From Lama glama (Eukaryota): a stretch of DNA of 64,000 nucleotides. The DNA lies in assembly GCA_028534125.1 (NCBI GenBank), contig CM052816.1, positions 21,144,001 to 21,208,000 on the forward strand. The letters run 5' to 3'. The first letter of the stretch is position 1, and every line of letters starts with the position of its first letter. The notes beneath the pieces were generated by a model. It made no database searches and was not told where the DNA came from. It saw nothing but the letters and a program-made list of their open reading frames with translations. Made by a program: the position numbers and the translations under genes. Positions 10,100 through 64,000 of the stretch are shown here, one piece after another.

Positions 10100-11130
10100 T
10101 ATCACATAGTGATTAGTACTGTGGAGAAATATAAAGTAGGGAGGGGAGATAAGAAGACTGGGGCTGAAGGCTGGAATTTTAAATGGACAGATCATTGGTA
10201 GGCTCACTGAGAAGGTAATGTGTGAACAAAGTAATTCTGAAAGGGGTAAGGGAGTCAGGTGGATATCTAGGGGGAGAGATTTCCAGGGCTTGGATTTGGA
10301 CCTGGGCTTTGTCACTGCCCAATATATATGACTTTGGACAAGTTACTTAATGACTCTATGCTTCAGTTTTTAAAATCTGGGAAAAAGTTATTCTAATTTT
10401 CTATAAAAATGACTAATAGTACCTATTTCAAAAGGTTATTGTGTAAATTGAATTAATAATAAAATAGGAAGTAAAGTTCTTAGAACAGAGCACTTCCACT
10501 AAGTATTTTCATTAGCTCCCATTGCAAGCACAAAAGCCCTTGCATTCTAACGTGGAACCATGCTCACAATGTTGGCGGAATCAAGGAGGCCAGGTGTAGC
10601 TGGTGTGAGAGGAATAGCTGGCAATAATGAGTAAGAGGGAAGATGGCAGGAAATGGGGAGGGCCCGTAACTTTTATCCTGTGAGATGTGAAATCATTGCC
10701 AGGTCTTGAATGAAGAAAAGGCAAGTATCTGATTCATGTTTTAACAACATCCCTCTGGTTCCTGTGTTGAAAATAGACTAAGATGGACGAGGATCCACTG
10801 AAGGAAACCAGTCTGAGTTGCTTAGTGGCGCAGGTGAGAGATGGTGGTGGTAGTGAGAAGTGGTCGGATTCTGGTTCTACTTTGAAGATAGAGGCAACTA
10901 GCTCAATAGAAACATTGGATATTGAGTATGAGAGAAAGAGACTTTGGTTTTGACTGGATCATTTGTCAGCATTCAGTTTACATTTATTGTGATGAGAATT
11001 TAAAAATTCATTTATTTATTCATTTAAGTTTAGCGGAGTAGGGAGTGGGAGGCGGGGAATCAATGTTTCAATTTTGGACATAATAAACTTGAAATGCCTA
11101 TTACACATCTAAGCAGAGTGGCGTTCAGGG
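10100..11130. mobile_element. L2 and MIR fragments
   Basis: MIR core ttggacaagttacttaa..ctctatgcttcagttt (10330-10370) flanked by L2-like purine-rich sequence. Confidence 0.65.
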
Positions 11131-11765
11131 GACATGTTCGGACCGGAAAGAGAATAGATCATTCTTCCCTTCACAAATGATTGAAAACCTACGGTGTGCC
11201 AGGCTCTGGAGGTAATCGTGAGAATACTCACAAAGATTCTCACGACCTCACCTAACGGTGAGACAGGTTATAAACAAGTCGTCAATTAAGCGTAGTAAAA
11301 TGTGTAAAGTCTTAAGCTCTTCAAATGGGACACAATGTTTAATTGCTATTGTTGTTTTTAACATTCAGAGTATTGTAAAAGCTAGAAGATGGGCCTTGGG
11401 ATCTAGGAGCGCCTCCTCCTCCCCCACCCACGGTAGCCAGATATCCCCGCCCCAATGCGGGCCAGATTTCCAGCAGAGGAATGGCCGCATTGCGCAGGTG
11501 CGGCCTCAGTCCGGTGTCCTAGGAGACGGACTCCGAAAGTCTTTGCGCAGGCGTATTGCAAGAGGCCGTGAAAGCCCGAGGCCACGGGACGGGGCGGGGC
11601 GAGTTCGGAGTGCGCCTGCGCACAGCGCGCTCTCGCCTGAGGAGCCGCAGTATCGGGAGCGCCAAGGCGGTGTTTCGGTAGTCTCTGACCCGCCTCTCCC
11701 GCGAACCCGGCGTCGTTGGACCGCACCGCGGACGGGGACGTCCGCCGGTCACGGAGGTCGTCACA

Positions 11766-56076
<44,311 letters not shown>

Positions 56077-59030
56077 CTGTTACAGACTTAAAGTCACAAT
56101 AAAAATTAGTGATATTCTCATGCCTGGGCAAAATCTTTAATAAAAACACTGAAGATTTTTGTGTAATTTCAAATAATGGAAGCTGTAGATCATGGACTAA
56201 GACTGGAACTAACAATTTGCCTAATAACTTTTAGTCTATATTTATTAAGTTAATGTAACATTAAAATTGTAAACTGGTAATTGTTCAAACTGACATATTA
56301 CTTTTCAGTTTATACTGTGCAGGGAAGTTAAGGGAGCAGCTTATACTATAGAGAGTTGCAGTTTAAGTGTATACATAAATCTGCTAGTGATTTATTCATC
56401 TACTGTATATTTAGATAACTGGATATTCAAAATAGAAAAAAATGTCCTGTTTTTCACACAGACAGTTGCAGGCCTAATTGTCCTATGTCTTGCTGTTATA
56501 TATGAATGTATGGGCTACATATCTAAGAAATTATTTACTGCTGACACCCACCTGGTCTGTTTAAATGTGTTCTAATTTTTATACTAACATTCATTGCATT
56601 TGAAGTATGAGATGACTGATCTGTAGAAAATTTTATAATTAGACAGTCTTTAGAAGTGTACGTGCTTAAAAAACAGAAGTTGAGAATGTTTCATCTGAAC
56701 TTCTCGAGTTCTTTTGCCACTTTGACTTCAAGTCAATTTTTTGTTTTGGTTTCATGTTCTCTTGAAACATTGAATTTGTACCTAACTATAAAGTAGTCAA
56801 CAACTGCAGATAATAAGAAGCTAAATACTGGTCACTAATATTTGCCTGTATGTGTATATTTTTTAAACTTTACTTTGCAGTGTGACTAGTGGATGTTTTC
56901 CTTTGTCTGAGTTCTAAATTTTGATGGAAGTAGCTTTGTTTCTCCTAGTTGAGAAAGATCTCCATTTTCCAGAAAATACAGCCAAAGCAAGAAATATATC
57001 TTTTAATTCTTTACCTTTAAAGTACTTTGTTTTTCTTCATATTTTACCAAGAAAATACTCTTCCCTGAATATCTTTCATTGACAAATCCAGTTAGGCCAT
57101 ATCTCTAAAATAAGTTATTTTTATTTTACAGTAAAATAAGTTGTAATAGAATTGTTTGTTCTTTTGTTGGCTGCTTACAAAAAGTTATGCTACTCCAAAA
57201 AGAAGCATATACATCTTTTAAGTGTTTTAAAATTATGTAATCAGCCCTGAAACACATTGACTACAAGTTTTGAGACTTCATAAATGAGTATTTATTAAGT
57301 TAACATTGTTGTAGTAAGTTTGTATAAATATTGGTTTGTAATTACAAAGCTGTGCATGCAGTGGGAGTGAGTGAAGGTAGTGTTTGTGAAGTAGTGGTAA
57401 AAATATGTCCATAAATTTAAGGTACATTCCAAAGGTGGTGTACTAAATGTCCTGTGTAGGGTGAATATTTTCTGGGTAATAAGAATTGCATTTAACTGGC
57501 AGCATTTTCTTTGTAATGTGTAAGATAATTAGACAGTTACAACTTTACTCTGTGGAGCATTGTTTAGGTACTGTGAAGACTTGAGGTGAACTTGTGTCTT
57601 GTAAAAGCTTTGTGTGAGCAGACTATCTTGGCAATTATAGATGCACATTTAACTCTGTTAGTAATTGCTGTAGAGAAATCTTAATTTTACTTGTAGGAAG
57701 AAAAGATGACTACTTCTTTTTAAAGTCCATGTGTCTAGCCTTTAACCATCAAGTTAACAGAAAAGGAGTAACTTTTGCATTTTTTTCTATTCCACTCCAC
57801 TGCAGTAACTACAACAAAAAAAACTGTAAGAAGTCAAAACATTGAGAAATTTTAAAAACTGGTTGCTTTAGTAGTTTTTTTTAAAGCATTTACATTAGAA
57901 TTGATTATACTAAATGGGCATTAACTATTTACCTTATGTAATACCAGAATTAGATATTGGAGCCAGGCCCGAATATCTATGTGAAAACATGGGAACCTGA
58001 CTTTAGAGCTCTTCATTTAGCTCCAGTCATAGCAGTTCTCTGGTTTCTTCACATTTGCTATGTCTTTGTCCACAAATGAAATATTTTGTAACTTTAGTGT
58101 TAATTTCATGAAAGGATATAGATGAACAAACTTCTCATTATTTGAAACAATAGGCTGATTTAAAATCAGTATCACATAAAGTAGGTTATTGAATGGCTAT
58201 TTTCTTTTTAATTTAAAAGAATAATTATTTATTAAAAATAGCCTTGGTAGAATGTTATTTGCTTGTGGTATGTTCTTTAATAAACCCTACAATTATATAT
58301 AGTAATAATTAGGATATTAAAATATAGTAATATTCCCCATTTTTGTTTAGATTTTTTGTGAAGTATAAAATTAATCAAAGTGAGAGTTCTATACCTATGT
58401 ATTCATCCCACAAGTAGAATCCATCTGACATGCTATGTTGTCTACTTTCTGGGGAAAAGGAACATTTTTTTGCAGCAAGAAATTTAAGGTTACTTTGAGA
58501 GAGGGGGTTGTACTACTACAACTATAACATTTTTTTTAATTATTATTATAGCTTTAGGTATTTTTTTGTCTTGTTTGTTTTTAGTATTTTAAAAATATCT
58601 TTCCCCTTAACTCTTATTTTAAGGAAAGCCCCTCCCTATCCTTCAGGGCTGTGAATTAAGGAATGGGTAGAGTTTACATTTAAGTATGCCAGTGTCTGCC
58701 CAATTTCTTAATGGATGCATTTGTTTTCCTTTTTAGTTATTCTTTGATCTTAAAATGCTAGAAGAAAACGTAGATCTTCCTAGTGCCTTTGAACTTACAC
58801 TATTGTCTAGTGAATTTCAATCATTAATAACTTTAATAGCATTACTACAATACTATATGGTGGCCAAAAATAAAAATTGTATGGTGAGTTTGCTGAATTA
58901 ATTTCAAAAGCCACACTTTCATTGTATTTTATGTATAAATTGTATTTGTTCAAATTGTATATATTGCTATTATATGTACACATATAGCATGGTTAAATAA
59001 GAAATAAAAATCCTTATGCTGTAATAGTGG
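56077..59030 (+). other. KIF3A: KIF3A 3'UTR with tandem poly(A) signals (56098, 56139, 58279, 58869, 59003)
   Basis: Repeat-free AT-rich tract; AATAAA at the listed starts; distal one followed by a T/GT-rich element. Confidence 0.7.
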
Positions 59031-59899
59031 CCTGCTTCTTTACTGAACTATTTTTTGTGTTTATGTGCATCCTGATCTTAATAGGCAGGTTCTTTGTGGT
59101 TGGCATCTCAATTTCATGAGGCTGAGAGAGGCCGGTGTAATTTTATACCCAGAAATGCTCAGTGTTCTAGGTCTTTAAACAGCAATCATCATGATACAGA
59201 AACCTGGGAGAGATGTTTTTAAAATGCTTCTTCCCATTGATTGAAACTTATTTTCATCAAAAACATTTTTACCCAAGTTTTGTTATCCTTTTCTTTCAGT
59301 GTTTGAGAACAAAAACTTAAAGAAGTGTATATGGAAAATGCATCTCACTAAAAGATAAAAGGAGACGTTTCTTAGTGGTAATGATATGATCTCTTTCAAA
59401 AACTTTTAATGAGCTTAAAATAGCTCCAAAACAGTAACATTGCTTGGATTATTGTTAATCATGTGTTCTTTTGACAAACATTTGTTGATCACCAGGCAAC
59501 ATGCTAGGCAGCCTTAAGAAATTGACAGCAGACATTGAGAAGTTTTGATTTGTCATCATGTTTCAAAGGATTTCATGTGCTCTTTGCATAGGAGAGGAGA
59601 CTCCTCTGGCCATTTCTGGGCTTGCTCTCTTCCTTTTCCCAACTGTTAGCTGATGTAAAACTCTTATGTGTGTGTAGAATATGAAAATAAAATTAGAGAC
59701 CTGCCATAGTGTAAGCAAGATGATCAATAGTGCCGCCTTCGCACCTGCTGCCCCTCCTCCCCGGTTGAGTTTTGGACTCTGATGCTCACTTTCATCAAGC
59801 AACCTTAGGAAACTTATCACTGTCTGTGTTGTCAGGATGCTGCTGAGGACATTGTCCATCCCACCGTCTTGTGAAGACCCTTGAGAATCTCTCTTAAAA

Positions 59900-60300
59900 C
59901 CAAGTACAAAAAGCAGAACAAAACAAAATCCTGAGTACCAGCCTAAAGGACCACAGTTAATCTGTGCCCACAGGAACAGTTAACACAGTTCTGAAGCTGC
60001 AGCCTAAACTTAAAGCGAGTTGGAGGAGCCTTCTAAACACATATGTTATAACATCTGAATGTCTCATTCTTAAGCTGTTTGATTTGCAAAGCAAATCAGG
60101 TATTCAGTCCTCCTTCGGAAGTTGAACAAATGTGTGGGAAAATGATTACGAAGAGGCTACTTCAAAAAGAACCTGTTTCCTCTCAGCATTTATCTTGGGC
60201 TTCCTGTGACCCAGTCTTCAAGTTACTTTTATCACCGTTATCAGAACATCACATTGTCTTACCCAAACACGTTTATGGCTCTGACTAAAGAATATGACAG
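59900..60300. promoter_or_regulatory. Candidate IL4 3' enhancer CNS-2/HS V
   Basis: Non-repetitive; RBPJ TGTGGGAA 60133-60140, ETS-like agaggaaac (minus, ~60175-60183), GATA ttatct/ttatca, AP-1-like tgactaa; lies between KIF3A and the expected IL4. Confidence 0.5.
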
Positions 60301-60569
60301 ATCAGACATTCTTCTACACCTGCTCCCTCCCCCATCCCTTTTTAGAGGGCTGGGGAAAGTTTAGTTTTTAATCAAAGGCTTTATTTCTCCAGTTTTACAA
60401 AGGAATTTAACTGGGACTTTACAACTGAATTAAGATATTTCTCAGAGTTGATACCAATCTTAGCAAGAGGATATTGCCTAACCCAACCTAAAACTACCAG
60501 AGTCATTACAGAAATATTGTGTTGGCCTTTATTTCTACTCCATCATGAGTTATGCCACTCAGCCACCCA

Positions 60570-61140
60570 GGTGTCTTTTGTATTTACTGTGGACTAATGC
60601 TGTGCTGAGTAGAGGGTCCTTGCAAAGCTCACAGCCTCCCTCAGGAGGGAGAGATGGCCATGTAAGTGGTGAATGACCATGCAGCCTGTTGAGGGCTGTA
60701 GTGAAGGAGGGTGAATGGTGAGCTGCTAGGCACATCATCCTTCCCTAGCAGCTGACATGGTGCCTAGAACACATCTACCTGACCAGAAGGTTAGAGAAGG
60801 CCTATTCTCTCTTTGAGGTGTCTAAGCGATCCAACACGTGCGGAAAGACATTCCAGGCAGAAGAGGTAACGTGAATCTAGGTGCCACCACGTGCATTGGT
60901 GGTATGTTTGAAGTTAGGCCAAAGCGGTTGGGACAGATGAGCCTGAAAAGGAAAGAGGCCAGGATCCTACTGTCAAAAGAGTTTTCTGTAAGCACTGAGA
61001 AGTCATGGAAGGATTTTAAGTGGGACCCGCGCGCTGTTTGTGTTTTAGAGAAATAACTGCTGGAGAGATCATGAAGGACTAGAGACAAAGGAAGCTGGGA
61101 GAGCAGACAATGTGCGTGCGCACCAGTGCCTTGGAGGCTG
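60570..61140. mobile_element. L2 fragment
   Basis: ggaaagacattccaggcagaag..., cactgagaagtcatggaaggattttaag. Confidence 0.6.
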
Positions 61141-62654
61141 AAATGGTCATGGGCCGGAGGAGCTAACCTCCCTCTCTTCTCAGCTGGCTCTCTTGCACTT
61201 GTGATTGGTACCAAGACTGAGCGAGCGTATGTCTCTTTAATTCTCTTTAGTCGTGTTCTGTAACAGGTGCCCAGGTGTGCAGTTGGCACCCAGAACGTCT
61301 AAACATGCTTGTGTTTGATATAACACTGGCTAGGATGAAACAGGAAGGGAAGAGACAGCTTAAAGAGTGAACATTGAACTGGAAGAAGTTGACAGGAAGA
61401 ATGGATTAGAAGAGAAACGCTGGAGAGCTGAGGAATGTCTGCGCACTGAGGGCAAGCACCAGACCAGGAAATGCTAGGTGTGACACTAGCTAGATTTTAG
61501 TACTCCCCCTGGGGACGGGGCTCCAGTGGAGCTGAGGGCTTGAACCAGGAAGTCAGCTCCCAGACTAGAGAAAGTGCTTACCTTGCCCACAGCTTAAGGT
61601 GGTAGGAACTGTGAAGCTAACCTTGTCTGCTGATAGGCCAGGCCGCGCCTTGCTCTGGGAGAAAGCTGAGACCTGCACTCTCCTCTGAAATCCCTCTTTC
61701 TCAGATGATTTGGGTAGGGAAAAAATAGGACAGTGCACTGGCATGGACAGGCTAATAGCAAAGAGAGAACCCCTGGTGCATGATTATCAGAGAACAGCAT
61801 TTCTCACTGGCCCAAGAATGTTTTAATAAGGGACATTTGGCTGTAAATTTGAGCAAATTGTTTTTCTTTCATTTATGCAATAAGTATCACCTACCAGTGC
61901 CTACCAGGGATGTAATAGGTTAGTAGGTAAAAGGTGGAGGTAGCTGACAGCAGGGAGGGAGAGAATCAACCTTTGCTGTCAACTTCACATAGTCTGTGCA
62001 CAGATAAGAGGCACATCCCCTGAAGCAGGTGTGGGCTGTAGCTAAATTTCCTCAGTGAATGTGCTTATGTGACAAGCATCTCAACTTTCACTTAATCCTA
62101 ATGTTTCTTCACTCATCTTTTAATGTATGTCCTCCTCAGTTCATGTTCTCTCACCCTGTCTTTGGCTGTTTCCGTCCATGACAGACAGACCTGCCTGGAG
62201 CTTGTGCCTATCCCTTCTATGGCCTGTTCTGAATTTTTCTTCCAGCTGCCCTTTCTTTTACCATCCTGGCCTCATACACAAATTACAACCCACAACTCAT
62301 ATCCTGTGGCAGACTACAGCTCACATTAGCCATTGAATGCAAATGAGTCTCAATCAAAGAAGAAAGGAAATTTCAGTGTGGCCTTAGAAGGCTCCATGAC
62401 TGTCTTAGTTACTTGTTGCCCTTGGCATGCTGGTATTTTATGTGGGCAGGGTGAAACTGGCTGTGGTCAGGGTGTGACTTTTAAGCTTTTGATTTTTTCC
62501 CTTATTTTGAAAGGGTTAAAAAGATATTACATGGTTTGGTATAATTTTAGTACACGTATTAATTTTCGCTCATTCACTGTTACTGGGTCCATATTCTTGC
62601 AGAGAATGTATCTTTAAAAGGTAACTTTTAGTGACTTGACACTTTTTTTTCCCT

Positions 62655-64000
62655 GTAATTTTTTTAAATAACAGCTTTATTGATTATAACTCACATACTG
62701 TAAAATTCATCCTTCTAAATGTGTAATTCAGTGGTTTTTAGTATTTTCACAGAGTTGTGCATCCATTATCACTATTTAATATCAGAACAATTTCATTATG
62801 CCTGAAAGAAACCCTATGTCCATCAGCAGTTACTCCCTCTTCCTCCATTTCCCCCAGCCCCTAGTAACCAATGTTCTGCTTCTTACCTCTGTGGATTTGC
62901 CTCTAATAGGCATTTCATATAAATGGAATCATACCATATGTGGTCTTCTGTGTCTGGCTTCTTTGTCTTAGCATAATGTTTCCAAGGTTCATCCATACTG
63001 TAGCATATATCAGCACTTCATTTATTTTCATTACCAAATAATATTTCATTGTTTATTTGTTTATCCATTCACCATTTGATTGACATTTGGTTCGTTTCTA
63101 CTTTTTTTTTTTTTACTATTAATGATTAATGCTGCTGTGAACATTTGTGTATAAGTTTTTGTGTAGACTCATGTTTTCAGTTCTCTTGGGTGGATACCCA
63201 GGATTGGAACTACTGGATTATACAATAACTATGTTTGTTGCTGGTAGATGTAACCGGTTTCCAGGTTCTTGTCCCATCCCTGAAGGAATTCAGAGACAAT
63301 ATGCAGTGGTTAAAAAAGTAAAGTGAGGATTTATTAAGGAGTGGATAGTATACTCTGAAGGGGAGAGTGGGCAGGCTCAGGTGTGCTAGCTGCCGAGTTT
63401 CTTTGGCAGGTTTGTTACATAGGGTGTAAAAATGAAGGGGTGGAATATTCATTAGGGAGGGAAGGGTCTGGGGTCATATTCCCTGATTTTCATCCTAACT
63501 CCACCTTCCCAAAGGAAGGAGGGATTTTTGTCCTTATTTAGTCTGGATTGGAAGTGTCATGGCGTCGGTGCATGATGGGTACTTTTAATCTGCAAGGCTA
63601 ATTTTATTGAAATAAGGGCATAATGAGCAAAAGGTACTGGACACTGGAGATTCTTGCCTTTTCTCACCTTTCTTTGTTGGCCTCCAGGCCGCTCGTCACC
63701 CCAAAAGGTGTGACCACTTATCAGCCCAGAGGTTCCTGCTTTTCTTTCTCTGCCCAGGGACCCCTGGTGCTTACGTGATGTGTGGTTTTCTGCATTTGAC
63801 CTGTGTCTCCTTTCTGCCCAATTCCTGCCATTTGGCCTGCTCATATCTAGCTATGTGCCTGCTCTACCATGTTTAACCTTTTGAGGAATTGCCACACTTT
63901 TTTCCAAAATGACTGCACCATTTTCCAATCATACCAGCAATGTGTAAGAGATGCAGTTTTTCCACATCTTCATCAACATTTGTTATTGTCTGTCTTTTTA
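62655..64000 (-). mobile_element. Antisense L1M 3' region, interrupted by an LTR
   Basis: taacagctttattga...ggaatcatac...aaccttttgaggaattgcc. Confidence 0.8.
63236..63869 (-). mobile_element. Solo LTR (ERV1-like)
   Basis: TG...CA termini, 4-bp TSD tgtt (63232-63235, 63870-63873), minus-strand AATAAA at 63330-63335; host L1 rejoins across it. Confidence 0.85.

Noticed and set aside
57121..57139. Perfect 9-bp inverted repeat in the 3'UTR
   Set aside because: AT-rich with a 1-nt loop; expected by chance
59031..64000. IL4 exons expected by synteny
   Set aside because: No IL4-like coding sequence recognised; the gene presumably lies beyond the window

Overview
Mammalian genomic DNA, very likely camelid given the vic-1-like tRNA-Ala SINEs. 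It is orthologous to the SEPTIN8-CCNI2-KIF3A-(IL4) segment beside the Th2 cytokine cluster. Left end: six CCNI2-homologous exons on the minus strand (6488->1242) carry an in-frame TAA in exon 4, lack a good GT donor at exon 1 and have an altered terminal exon, so the gene looks like a decaying unitary pseudogene. Its exon 5 is read on the + strand as the terminal coding exon of SEPTIN8 (2067-2232, Cys-rich tail), and the SEPTIN8 3'UTR runs antisense over CCNI2 exon 4. Centre: a complete, intact KIF3A gene (+; 19 coding exons, 2181 nt, 726 aa) with a CpG-island promoter, a 72-nt cassette exon, a 9-nt microexon and a candidate additional 12-nt microexon. Introns are dense in L1/L2/MIR/LTR/DNA-transposon relics, including an ORF2-less L1 with TSDs and an unexplained ~440-bp insert with a nearly open reading frame. 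Right end: KIF3A 3'UTR and candidate IL4 3' enhancers. Gene identities come from remembered protein sequences and repeat families are assigned by eye; no searches were run.
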